A DNA stretch of 64,000 bases from Vicugna vicugna (lineage: Eukaryota). The stretch covers positions 11,740,184 through 11,804,183 of the forward strand of contig MU058844.1 in the NCBI GenBank assembly GCA_013265495.1, in the 5' to 3' direction. A program made the position numbers and the translations under genes. Positions 13,574 through 26,254 of this stretch are shown in pieces (the stretch's first letter is position 1; every line of letters begins with the position of its first letter). The notes under the pieces were generated by a model, which saw nothing but the letters and a program-made list of their open reading frames with translations, had not been told where the DNA came from and did no database searches.

Positions 13574-14899
13574 AAGTGCTCTAACGGTCTATTTTAAAAT
13601 AAAGATTTCTTTTCAAAACAACTTTTCTGTTACATGTCTTACATTTTTGTCTAAGAACCTTGCACTTGTGCCTCTGCATTTCAAATACATGTTGAGCATT
13701 TTTTTCCTGCTATTTTTAATCTGCTGGGCATTCTGGGCATTCTTGGTATTTATAGTTTACTAATTTATTTCCTCATATAATCTCACCAAAGTTGTGGCAT
13801 GCAGCATATATTTTGAATTCTGATACCACCCACCTAGAAATGACTTAACAGGTGCCATCCATATTAGTAACTTCATCTTTGGATGAGGTTAAATATAGTG
13901 CTGAATAAGCTCCTACAAACTTAGTTCTGGCCTTTTGGGATGAGTTTAGTCTCAAGCTTATTAAGGAAAGATAACAATAGATAGCAACTGACACTGAGAG
14001 TAAGTAGGTCTCAAAATCTCTCAAAAATCATGCTAATAAATTGCTGAAAAGACAAGCTCCTAATTTTTCTTATATATATATATAATTAAGTCAGTATTAT
14101 TTGAAAGAATTATTGTTGAATTTTCTTTATTTGCTGTAAAATCAAATTTTTTCTTTATAATATAAGGTAACTAATAGAGAATAACACAGAAAAGAGAACA
14201 TTGGTATTATCTAATATTCTGAAGTCATTATCGTATTGATTTGAATCCCTTCAATTTCTATGCAATCCACTTTCATATAGCCACCTCTTCACACAATCGT
14301 ATCCCTTGATGATATGTGACAAAGGAGAATGTATTCTTTTCCAACATTAAATCTTCCACACAGAGTTCAAATTTCCTCTTCTGCCACTTCTTTGAGGATT
14401 TGGCACTATCACATGTCTGCATCCTCCCCTCTCCCTACTGCTTCCTCCTTCTCTGCCTACTTCCCTCCCCGTTCCCGCAAGAACTTCCCTCACCCAGCTT
14501 TCCTTTCAAACTATTTATTTTTTATTCTTCCTTCAACAGGAAAGTCCTCAGAAGATTACTCAAGACTCCATGGATACCTGCACCTCTCAGTTACTCTTGC
14601 ACACATGATCACTCTACAGAAGATGTTTACATAAAGGCCACCTGTGCCCGTCTAATTACCAGAACTAACTTTATTTCTTTCCGATACTCTGACTCTGGGT
14701 ATCTGACAGCATTTGCCACAATCTGTTTGTCTTACATTGCCCAGTCCCACTGGGTTAGTCCAAGTAAATGCTACAGCTTATGCTACCATAGCTACTCCAA
14801 GGATTAACAATCCACATCTGCCCATCTACCTTCCCAGCGATGGGCTCATTCTCTCACCACTCCTTCCCTCTTCTGATTCCTACACATCTGCTCATCACG

Positions 14900-15645
14900 T
14901 ACATGCGAGAACCACAGCTTTCTTCCTTTCTGACTCTACACAGACCTCCAGGGACATCCCATCCTTGTCTGTGGTTCCGATCATTTTCCATGTACTAGGT
15001 ACACTCTAACCAATATCTTACTTCTGACCTTCAGAAACACATGCCTCACTGCCTCCAACCACCTCCTACCTGATGGTCCATCCAATGGATACATCAAACT
15101 CTACTTGTCAAAATACGAATTTATCATCTTCCCCCTTCACCTTTTAAGCTGTTTTCTCCCTCTATAATAATCACCTTGTTTAGTGGTAACTCTTTACTCA
15201 TTGAGGCCGGAAAATTGGGGGCCATTTCTTACTCCCTATATTTTTCATCTCCCACATCCAACTGGAGACCAACACTTAAGTGTCCTACAATCCCCAGAAA
15301 GCACCTAGAGTGGTATTTTTTAACCTTGACATCAGATTGTAACACAGCCCAGTTCTAAAAATCTTCCAAAGACTCCTTAATCAACTTAGAGTAGAGTAGC
15401 ATACAGACTCCTTTCTTTGGTGCAACATGATCAGGCTTCCATCGTCCCCTTCCAACACCTCTCACTGTGCTCAAACCACAGTGGTCTTCTGTTTCTGCAA
15501 CACACCAAGCTCACTTCCTTCACGGTACTTTTGTTCTTACGTATGTAACCCTGTTGCTATGACTTATTTTAAATATTTGTTCCTCTGATCCTCAAGTGTC
15601 CCTGTGCCTGGTATCTGATGTGCTCAGTTAATACTGCCTAGATAC
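14900..15645 (+). mobile_element. LINE-2 fragment(s)
   Basis: catcaaactctacttgtcaaaatacgaatttatcatcttcccc...acaccaagctcacttcct...gtgcctggtatctgatgtgctcagttaata. Confidence 0.55.
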
Positions 15646-17155
15646 GAACTACCATTACTCATCAATGTACTGTAGATTCATAACACAAGAAAATTTCTAT
15701 TCTTAAAGGCTTAGAACAACCCAATAAAAGTTATCAAGTTTGAAATAATTAAAGAAAAGGCAATTTGTAACCAGAAACAGTAACAGACCTAGTTTTACCT
15801 TCCCTCTTGTAATTAAACACAAACAGCAAACAAACGCCATGAAAGATCAAATATAAAAAAGAATTGGCCAAGTAGTTCTATGAGTAAAGATAGTTCTCAT
15901 TATTACTAATGCAGCACTGCTTGGTTGTTACACAAGAAAGAAACAGGCAACATCCTGTTTGGAACAGATACGTGAAATTTATAAGCCTCGTCATAGTATC
16001 ATAATTCTCTTTACTTTCTTGTCTCAGTTAAAAGCTGCAATTTTTATTCATTAATAACATAGTGCCACTGACAATTCTTAAGAACAGAGGCAAAAATATT
16101 TCAACCAAAGAAAGTTACATTTGTGTCATATGTATTCTTCTGAAGCAACATGCTGAAGGCATGCCGATTTCAGGTTAAGAATTCAACCACATCAAAAAAT
16201 GAGGCTCCAAGTCATTCTTACTCAAAATTCAATGTAATTCCGATGAATAAGTTTTAGCTAGAAAAACCACTGTTTCTATAACATTTGCATTTCTCAGGTT
16301 TTGGTTTTTCTGTTTTTGTTTTTTTTTTTAATCAGAAGCAGAAATACCAACATAACATGTATACTAGATGTTATAAGACATTTGGAGGCTGATAAGGTAG
16401 GGAGTAATTAAAAAAACAGTCTGATACTCCTAAGAATATTTCAAGAATCTCTGGTACAGATGTTTCAGATAAATATGTAAGGACTTCATCTCTATCCAGA
16501 GTTATGAGCTTTGGAGGATTATTTATTTATTTTCTGTCATAAAGTATTAGCTGGGCTATTTATTGGATTCCCTATAAGCAGACTCAAACTGGGATGACAG
16601 CAGAGAAGGTAAGAGTTTTAGCGTCCAACCTCTCTTTATGATTGAAATAATGAAAGCAAAACTGATAGGGTTGGGTTTGAGAAACATACTCTGTACTGTT
16701 CAGGGATTATAGAGCTTTTTAAATATGAAGCCCTAAAAATCCTTTAATAGGTATTAATTCATGAATGTGCTCTTTTTAAAGTTTGTAAGCAATACTATTC
16801 TGCATTTCGATATCAGTTTAGAGAGTAAAGAATGTCCTTAATTATATGACATTATCATACGTTAATTAGGGTTCATTTTACAGATGAGAAAGTTGAGGCT
16901 CAAGAGAAGTTACAAGTCTTCCCCAACATCATGCAGCTTTTATTGTAGCAGGGTCTGAAGGTATAATTGCTTTCAGTAAAACTTCAGGGAACAACTATAA
17001 ATAATATTTATAGAGTCATCTTTGTGCCCAGAGTAATTAGATCAGGAAGTTTCCTTAAAACTGAAGTGTTTTACAGAGAATCTTTCTTTATGGTGATTTT
17101 CTCACAACAGTGGCACAGAGTTCATGACATTGTAACAGGTCCTTAGAGTGATTAA

Positions 17156-17157
<2 letters not shown>

Positions 17158-17195
<38 letters not shown>
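17158..17195. repeat. (CA)n microsatellite
   Basis: Perfect CA run of about 19 units. Confidence 0.95.
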
Positions 17196-17196
<1 letters not shown>

Positions 17197-18161
17197 CCCC
17201 CAGACATGCTAGTTAATCATTCTTTAAAAATAAATTCCTTTTACTATTTTGGATTTCAGTTTTCTGACACTAAATAAAGCAGGCCAGCAGGTCAAAAAAG
17301 TTCATTTTTTTTCATTCTTCCAGTGTCTGACAATTAAGAACTCATTATTTTTATTTAAAATGCCTACTCTATACTAAAAAGAGCTTAGGAGGAAACCCCA
17401 TCTTGTGGATTTTGGCTATCATTCCTGATTATATCTGCTGACATAACTTCAGTTAAGGCATTTTGGTTTCAGGTTGCCCTATAAAATTAAGTTGTGGCTA
17501 TTTAATTAAGAAGGGGTGAGTTTTTATCTCAGCAATCTATCAATCTATTATTTTCTTATAAAACTTTAAGGTTTACCAGTTGGTCAAGATAAGAGAGGGC
17601 TGGGGGCGAGACAGGCCTCTGGATAGATGAGTTTCTGGAAAAGGCTATGAATCACATCCCCTAATCAGTCCCTGCTCAGCAAACTTTCAGCAGCCTGCCT
17701 GTGCAGCTACTTCCAAAAGTGTTGAGGAGTCCGTGTGTTTACACTGGACTTTGTTATGAACAAAGAAAACACTATTTATGTATTTTTTTAAATGCACATG
17801 GCAAGTTCTGTTCCTCAAACTAGTTGTTCAGACAAAAAGGCTCCACTTAAAATTGAAATTATTGCCAATTTTGTATTCATTGCCATCAAAAACAGTGTGA
17901 AGTGAAACTATTCAGATATCAGAAAAAAAAATGTCAAAAACACCCAGAGATAGGTTATTTCAATGCTACACATATTTAACTCTATTGTTTCTACCACTTC
18001 TTCATAAATTTCACCCAAAGAAATATATATGATAGAATATGATCAAATGGTTTCTAAAACAAGCAAGAGGACATGCAAAATAAATTTCTAGTCCATTTAC
18101 AAATGCAGTTAAATCTGGAAGTGAAGATAAGCATTATATTTAGAATAAACATGATTCTTAC

Positions 18162-18214
18162 CATCTGAGATTGACTCCTAGGACATCCATTGATATCTTC
18201 AACTTTTTCATTTG
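18162..18214 (-). CDS. NAV3: NAV3 coding exon 3, 53 nt
   Basis: ttggctttag|CAAATGAAAAAG...TCTCAGATG|gtaagaa. Continues the phase-1 junction from the previous exon and gives (A)NEKVEDINGCPRSQSQM. Confidence 0.96.
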
Positions 18215-18862
18215 CTAAAGCCAAGAAATAAAACAGAAGAGGGAAAAAAAGAACAACATGCTTAAGCAATGAAGTGAAACACACACACAAAAAAGGAGAC
18301 TAAGAAAAAAAAAAACAAATCACCAAGCAAAATGCTGCTGCTGCTACATTCACTCTGTCTCCCAAGCCGTGTACAAGAGGACACACTTGTTAGCAGCCGC
18401 CAATTCCATATGCACAAATCAGGCAAAAGGAAAAAAAAAAAGTGAATGAGAAGGAAGTTGCTGCTAATTCTTTAGCCTGTGCCAAATGACTGCTGACATG
18501 AAACCTTTCACAACTGTCCCCGCTGGATCAGGATACAGTTTCAAGGAATCTCAGAGTGCCTAAGTTGCTCCAGTTAACGAAATGAACACATGGGAGACAT
18601 ATGGTTTAATGAAGCGTTCATTTCTGACATTTCACTGTATGTAAAGATACAGTTCTAGCCATTTAAAAGTATGGCCAAACTGCCTTTTTCCAACGTCGTC
18701 ACATAAACATTTTAATTAAATCACAGGAAGAGCTGCACACGTCTCAGAGACACGTGGAGTGAGTTCATAGGCATTCAGCTTACATTGTATTTTTACCAAA
18801 GTCAGGGGTGGGGGGAGTGGGGGCAGAGAGTTCCACAATTTCTCTCAGAGGGCAGGTCTTAC

Positions 18863-18980
18863 CAATGATCTGGATGATTTCGGCTAGCAGTACTCCATCT
18901 GCAATGTCTTGTTGCAAATCCTTGATCAGCCGCTTGTGGCCTGATTTTGCTAGGTAGTGGTTAGCCCAGTCCGTGTAAAT
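18863..18980 (-). CDS. NAV3: Neuron navigator 3, internal coding exon (exon 2; start of calponin-homology domain), 118 nt
   Basis: Minus strand: polypyrimidine tract ...ctgttcaacag|ATTTACACGGAC...ATCATTG|gtaagac. Translates IYTDWANHYLAKSGHKRLIKDLQQDIADGVLLAEIIQII, the UNC-53/NAV CH-domain start; residues match NAV3 as I recall it. Confidence 0.96.
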
Positions 18981-20133
18981 CTGTTGAACAGAGGAAGGGA
19001 AGAAGTGAGATGGGACGAGGGAAGCGAGAGACAATCAAAATGCTTAAGACAAATGTTGGATTCAAAGGGATGTTATTCTGGATCACATTCCAGTTTAAGA
19101 AGTCATAGCTCCAAAGGAAATAGTTGTAAAATAATTTTTAAACAGCTCTTCCCCCCCCACTTATCTCTTGTTTCAAAGGGGGATGACTCACCCTCTTTTA
19201 AAACCAGGGACTAGTCACTTGTGACACAGCAAAACTCCCTTCCTGGATGACTACTGAGGAAGCTCCTGTTTGCAAATCAGGTTGCCTTTTTACTCTCTTT
19301 CCCTTGGTTCTATCATACTGAACATAATTCTGCCTGTCCTTGTAAAAGTTAGCCACCTGGACTGATGTACACAGGAATGTTTACTATACAAAATCATGAT
19401 TCTCAGAGAAGACTTTATTAAATTTGCCATGTGAGATAATGTATGTGATAATATTTTGGCATCATTTTATGAAATAATTGCAAATGCCTAAGATGCTTTA
19501 TTTGGACTGTCATCTCATTTCAGCCTCTTGAAATGTGTTTATATAAGAGAATAGAGGAAGCAAATGCAGTTGTTACACAGAAATTATAATACAGAAATGA
19601 AAAGTGGGTTATGATCCACAAGGTTGGCAATGTGACACAGAGTAGAAGTATCTCTTCAACAACAGATTATGATACAAGAAAAAACTAGAGCTGTTAAAAA
19701 ATTTCACAAAAGTAAGATGTTACTAGTTTTCCAAATGTTATCAGCCCTTACCAATGTAATCTAACTGTAAAGAAATAAACAAGTTAAGACTTCAACGTCA
19801 TGAGTAGGACATATTAGTACGTTGATTACAAGGCAGACTATAACACGTGATGTGACAGAAGAATGCAAAATTGGAAATGAGAATAGAGGAAGAAAATTAA
19901 CTGAGACATATACACACAAAAATTTGTTATAGAAGCCCTGGAATTAGAACTGGCAACATAAAGAATCTGAAGACACCACAGAGGGAGTAAGATACAAAAA
20001 GGCAGAAGAGCAAAGGAATCAGGGGCACAGTTGTTCATTACATAAGTAAGGCAGGATGCCTGAAATTAGGACAAGTTACTGCAAAGGTAAGGTGTGCCTT
20101 ATAGTCATGAGCACTGAGTGCTGAGAAAATTGT

Positions 20134-20200
20134 AAAAAAGAAAAGAGAAGAGAAGAGAAGAGAAGAGAAAAGAAGGAAGAAAAGAAAAAAGAAAAGAAGA
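20134..20200. repeat. Purine-rich (GAGAA)n/(GAAAA)n simple repeat
   Basis: aaagagaagagaagagaagagaagagaaaagaagg... Confidence 0.85.
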
Positions 20201-21249
20201 TTCTTTTTAAAAAATTCTAACAACACCAATACACATGCTTTTGTAAAAATAAAACAAAACAGAAGTGTCGAAACTGAGAAGTGAAAGTTTCCCGGTAACT
20301 TGCAACCTGATCCACTTTTGAATATTTTGGTATATAGTTCTAGATTTTTTTTTCTATGCCTACACACTTCACCACATGACACCATATTACACACACACAC
20401 ACACACACGATAGAATGTTTAATCAAATCTAGTCAAATTTTATATATCACTCTGAATTTTTCAACTTTTTATGTAGCAATATTTTAATAACACTTCTAAA
20501 ACTGTTTCACATACATTTATCTCACTATTTTTGATGTTGTGTTGTACCTAATACCAATCTCCCTGTTGAAGGATATTTAATTTGTTTAGATATGTTTCTA
20601 TTGCATCCAAAGTTATAAGAGGCATCTTATATGCTTATCTTTGCACATTCATATTCTAGTATTTTTTACAGGACCAGAACCTAAATGGGGCTGCTAAGTT
20701 GTGTGTTTTTTTTTTTAATGAATCCTAGATACATTCCAAAATACAACAAAGAAGAAAAAGAGTGTTCCTTTACCATAGAAAATACAAGTGGCATCTTAAT
20801 ACATATGTAGTGGGATTAAGTGTCCTGAAAGACATAAACGGAAACATTCTGTTGCATAAGGAAAATATATATGATGGCAACAAAACATCTTTTTTCTCCA
20901 TGTTTATGATCTTGATGCTAAAGATATTAAAGTGCGAGAAAAATCACCCGCACAACCGTCTCCTGAATTAGAATACAAACACGTGATTTCTAGACAAACA
21001 TTCTTTTATTTGGTGATCACTTTCCTCAACTAATATTTTTTTCTGCTTGTATTATTGTAAACGTTTATTTTATACAGATTTATACTATTTAGAATCTTAA
21101 CAAATGAACACTTTCCCTTCATCTACACATCAGTCAAATGACGGCATTAATTTTTGGCTTTCTGGTAGAAACTTCAGGGTGAGCCCGCTAGGCAGCGAGC
21201 TAGCATGACCAGGTAATTGACATTAAAGGACCCCCAAAGAAGAAGAACA

Positions 21250-21480
21250 TGTGTTCTGGAGTCAAGTAGCCCTGGCCTGGAGGCCCAGCAAACCACTTAC
21301 CAACACTGGGACCTTGAGCAAGTAACTCATCCTTTACAAGCCTCAGATTCTCATCTGCAAAATATGGCTAATAATAATACTGACACATTATAGGACTTTG
21401 TAAGGACCAGAGAAGATGACACTTGCAAAGTGCTTGTCTCAGAACTGGCTCTGAAGAACTGCCTGCTATTATTATCACTG
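21250..21480 (+). mobile_element. MIR SINE
   Basis: ctggagtcaag...gaccttgagcaagtaactcatcc...agcctcagattctcatctgcaaaatatgg (MIR core). Confidence 0.75.
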
Positions 21481-23084
21481 TTATGGTATCTAGTGTTATT
21501 TGCTAAGATGGCTTCCAGCAAATATTTGTTGATATTACCATTTCACAACAGTTAAAAAATTTGAGAGAACTGGCAGGAGAGGACCCAAGAAACTCCACTT
21601 CTTACTTCTAACACTACTCACATCTCTGACTCCTCCTGATTCTAAATCACTGGGGCCACAGATCTGTTCAAACTCAGAGGAATGTATCCAATTTCAAGGC
21701 TGTGATGTTCTCATCCAGGCCTGCACTGCCTCCATCGTGACACCACCTCCACCAAACTCCATACTGCATTTTTTTTCTCTTTATGAAGGTGTTCAGTTAT
21801 AGAAAAAATTACTTATTTAAATATACACAAAATGGAATGTATTAAAAATAAAAACAATAATACTTCCATTCTCCAAATGCATGTCAACCATGCCTTCGCC
21901 TCTATCCAAATCCCTCCTGGGACATAGGTGAGAAAACAGATGGGAAGCCAGCTGGTTGGCTGCAAGACCTTGTTGGGAAAGCCTCTGACTGAGCTCATGA
22001 AACAGTTTCCTACTTGGTCCAGGATTTCTTCTAGAGGAATCCCACACGTATGTGCTTTGACTTGTCCAGCGTCTCTAACATGTGGAACTTTGCTCAGACA
22101 ATGGCTGCGACCCAGCTGCAATCAGTAAAATCTATTCAGACTAAATGAGTGAATTTAAAAATTAAGTCTATGTACTTTATTTTACTCATTCTTTTGAAGA
22201 GACGTGTGTAAAAGATACCTGATTCAAGTAAATCAGTGCCTTCCAAAGGAGGTTATAATCTAGATGAGGAAGTATAAAATAATTACAGAGCAACTTCTAC
22301 ATATTTTGATATTATATATAAGCTTTATTTTTCTTTTAAGAAGTTAAAAAATAAATTAAAAAGTGGAAATATGAAGAGCATTTTAATGAGACAGTCTTCA
22401 AGCAGAGGACACATAGTATATAAATATATTTAAAACATCAATGAATTTAGTGTAATAATCTGATGAGGGAAGATACAATCTTGTCAATTGTCATTAGAGT
22501 CTGTTGTTCAAATCAACACAACAGAATGGTAAAATCATGTCTAAATTTTGGATATGAACTCCAAAGTTGCCCTTGATTCATTTCTACAAAAAATAATCAC
22601 AGAATTTAACCTCTCAGCCTCAGCTGAATGAGCTAAAAAATGTGTGGTAATGCATTTTGTAGGATTATGGTATTAATTATAGGTTTTTTTAATGAAGAAA
22701 TTGATATAATTGGGAATGATATCATATTAATCATAAATCAGTATTTGGTATCTTCTATACCAGGGTCATTGAGTATTTGAGTCATCAAGGTTCTGACCAA
22801 AGCTTTAAATAATCAACTACCTTCAAACATCTGGAGCCAGTTTTCTTTAACTGTTTTAACTGCAATATTGTGAACATAAATGTCATCTCAGATAATAATT
22901 ATATTTCACTTAATTCAGAAGAATTAATGAGATTACATTTACCAAAGTGTTACTTAGAAATCCTAGCACACTTGAATGCATAATAGTTCATTTACAGCAA
23001 TTAAAATAATAGAAATTAAAGGCACCATGGCATATTTTATATTTCACATTTATTAGCATGGATCTTGGGGCCTATTATGCAATA

Positions 23085-23320
23085 GCAGGAATTCTTTGAG
23101 GAACATTCTATATGGTTGGAACTTCTGTTCTGCCACTTAATATCCATGTGAATACTGACTGAACATTTATTTCCTCTCAGTGTCAGATTTTTCTCATCTG
23201 TAAAATGAGATAATGGCAATAATAGTATTATTGACTAATGGGATTATTGTGAGGATTGAATGAATTTATACTTTTGGAACATGGCCTTTTACTTACTAAA
23301 TATTTGTTAAATGTTGAATA
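23085..23320 (+). mobile_element. MIR SINE
   Basis: tctgccactt...ttttctcatctgtaaaatgagataat...attgtgaggattgaatga. Confidence 0.7.
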
Positions 23321-23554
23321 GTATTACTAGCTCACTGTTTTAATATGAAATATATTTACATTAGAGTAAGTTTCTTAACGTTATACAACAGTATCATTGT
23401 CAAATCCTTAAATATTAGCTATCTAGCCAAATGTAGTCAATCTAACTGAGGAAACTGCTGGGATTTATAATGATCTCTTAACTTGGTCATTTGTTCCTCC
23501 ACTATGTCTTTTACAGTGCTAATTTTAATTATAAAATAATAGGGTCACATAGAA

Positions 23555-24890
23555 GGCAAGATTCCTGATTTCAAGCTATACTGTAAAGCTCTGGTCATTA
23601 AAACAATATGGCACTGGTATAAAAACAGACAAAAAGACCAATGGAACAGAACTGAAGGCTCAGAAACAAATCCATGCAGACATGGACAACTAATATTTCA
23701 CAAGGGAGCTAAGAGCACTCAATGAAGAAGAGAGTCTCTTCGATAACTGGTGCTGAGATAACTGGATATTCACATGTAAAAGAATGAAACTGGACCACAC
23801 TGGATATATTTTCCACATAAAAAAATTAACTCAAAATGGATTAAGATCTACAACCATGAAACTCCTAGAAATAAACATAAGAATGAAGTTCCTTGGCATG
23901 GGTCTTGGTAATGAATTTTGGGGTATGACACCTAAACCACAAGAAACAAAATAAAAAATAAATAAATGGGACTCCATCAAATGAAAAAGCTTCTGTACAG
24001 AAAAACAAATCATCAACAAAGTAAAAAGACAAACAATGGAATGGGAAAAATATTTGCAAGTCATATATCTAACAAGGGATTAATATCCAAAATATATAAA
24101 GATATCATGCAATTCAACAGCAAAAATACAAATAACCCAATTGAAAAAAACAGACAAAGGTCCTGAATAGACATTTCTCCAAAGAAGATATACAAAAAGC
24201 CAACCTGTATATAAAATGATGCTCAACATTACTAATCAGGGAAGTGCAAATTGAAACCACAATGTGATATCATCTCACACCCATTAGAATGGCTATCATC
24301 AAAAAGACAAGAGATAATAAACAATGGCATGCATATGAAGAAAAGAGAACCGTCGTGCCCTATCAGTGGGGTTATAAATTGGTACGACCATGAGCAAAAA
24401 CACTATGGATGACCCTCAAAAGGTAAAATTAGAACTACCATATGATCTAGCAGTTCCACTCCTGGAAATATATCCAAAGGAAATGGAAATACTAACTCAA
24501 AAAGATATTTGCACCTCTGTGTTCATACCAGCATTATTTAAAATAGTTGAGACATTGAGAAAACCTAAGGATCCATTTTTGTTTGTTGGTTGGCTTTTTT
24601 TGGTGGGAGGTACTTAGGTTTATTTATTTATTTGTTTGTTTGTTTGTTTTAATGGAGGTACTGGGGATTGAACCCAGGACCTCATGCATACTAAGCACAT
24701 GCTCCACTACTAAGCTATACCTTCCCCACTCTAAGTGTCCATTGATGGATGAAAGAAAAAAGAAGTTGTGGTAGATATATAAACATACTATTAAGATATA
24801 CATACACATAATAGACTATTATTCAGCCATAGAAAATGAGGAAATCCTACTGTTTGCAATGATATGAATGAAACTTGAAGGCATTATGCT
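23555..24890 (+). mobile_element. Older LINE-1 fragment (3' part of ORF2, degenerate; L1MA/MB-like)
   Basis: Typical L1 ORF2 C-terminal DNA (aaaacaatatggcactggtataaaaacagac; gacatttctccaaagaagatatac; ccatatgatctagcagttccactcctgg). ORF-track fragments such as [12 protein letters not shown] and LPYDLAVPLLEIYPKE are L1 ORF2-like; stops and frameshifts present. Confidence 0.92.
24578..24728 (-). mobile_element. Camelid tRNA-Ala-derived SINE (Vic-1-like), full length, inserted in an L1
   Basis: Minus strand GGGGAAGGTATAGCTTAGTAGTGGAGCATGTGCTTAGTATGCATGAGGTCCTGGGTTCAATCCCCAGTACCTCCA (A and B boxes) plus bipartite A-rich tail. TSD ctaaggatccatt (24565-24577) / ctaagtgtccatt (24731-24743). Confidence 0.9.
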
Positions 24891-25469
24891 CCCTGGTCTA
24901 TTCAAATTATTGGCTTTGAGGAGTCAAATAGGCTCTTCTAATCCATACCAGACAGAAATCGTTTTGAAAACTAACAGTTTCAATGGAAATAACTGAGCTT
25001 CCACATTTTAAAAATCAGCAAGGGCCTATCAAAAGTTTGTGGAATAGCATCCTTGGTTTTTTTTTGGTTTTCCAATTCCTGAAAACCATATGGAATTATC
25101 TAAGAAAAAGCCTTTGATCCAAGATAGTACTTGAAATCAGGACAGGAAGAATGTACAGACCGTATATGGGAAAGTACAAAAAGCAAGGAAGGTGTTAGGA
25201 CAGGTTATAATAACTCCAGTCTGGCAGGCATCATCAATTTCACTGCTCTTCAGACAGCAGTGTTGGTGGGCACTTACAGCCATGAATAAGATGTGGCATC
25301 ATGGTGCCATGGTAGCAGTAACTATGCTCGCCAACGCTCCCCAGACTATCGCTTCTGAGAGAAAAGATGCACAAGGGAAGGAGAAGAATCTGGAATTGAC
25401 TGAGCCTTTTCCTCAAAGACTGAGCTTTAAACCAGATGTGACTGAATACTCTGAATTGGGAGAAATAAA

Positions 25470-26254
25470 TTTTATATACATATATATTCTTATATTATTT
25501 TTTCATAACACATACATGTTTTTTTTTTGTAAATCAATTATACTTCATTTGTTTTCATATTCTTTTTTTTTTCATTATGGGTTACTACAAGATATTGAAT
25601 ACAGTTCCCTGTGCTATATAGTGTAAACTTGCTGTTTATCTATTTTATATACAGTAGCTAGTATCTGCAAATTTCAAACTCCTAAGTGATCCCTTCCTAC
25701 CACCTTCCTTCCCTGGTAACAATAAGTTTGTTTTCTATGTCTGTGAGTCTGTTTCTGTTTTATAAATAAATTCGTCTTTTTTTTTTTTTAGATTCCACAT
25801 AAAGTAATATCATATGGTATTTTTCTTTCTCTATCTGGCTTACTTCACTTAGAATGACATTATCCAGGTCCATCCATGTTGCTGCAAATGGCATTATTTT
25901 ATTATTTTTACGGCTAAGTAGTATTCCATTGTATAAATATACCACAACTTCATTATCCAGTCATCTGTTGATGGACATTTAGGTTGCATCCATGTCTTGG
26001 CTACTGGAAATAGTGCTGCTACGAAGTTGGGGTGCATATATCTTTTCAAATTAAAGTTCTCTCTGGATATATGCCCAGGAGTGGGATTGCTGGATCATAT
26101 GGTAAGTCTGTTTTTAGTTTTTTGAGGAATCTCCATACTGTTTTCCATAATGGGTACACCAAACTAAATTCTTACCAGCAGTGTAGGAGAGTTCCCTTTT
26201 CTCCACACCCTCTGCAGCATTTATTGTTTATGGACATTTTAATGATGGCCATTC
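25470..26254 (-). mobile_element. 5'-truncated artiodactyl/camelid-type LINE-1 (ORF2 end plus 3' UTR)
   Basis: Minus-strand peptide KIMPFAATWMDLDNVILSEVSQIEKEKYHMI is typical of the L1 ORF2-end region; 3' UTR motifs tatagcacagggaactgtattcaatatcttgtagtaac. Confidence 0.92.

Noticed and set aside
14316..15009. Overlapping 98-163 aa + strand ORFs
   Set aside because: Low-complexity pyrimidine-rich sequence, probably decayed L2; non-ATG starts and no homology recognised.
18805..18823. G-quadruplex just inside intron 2
   Set aside because: Only three separate G-runs, so not a canonical four-run motif.
18780..19034. 84-aa ORF as a stand-alone gene, and a cryptic donor AAT|GTAAGC near 18783
   Set aside because: Only 18863-18980 is NAV3-like and bounded by canonical splice sites; the flanks are intron read-through and the downstream donor is weaker than the real one.
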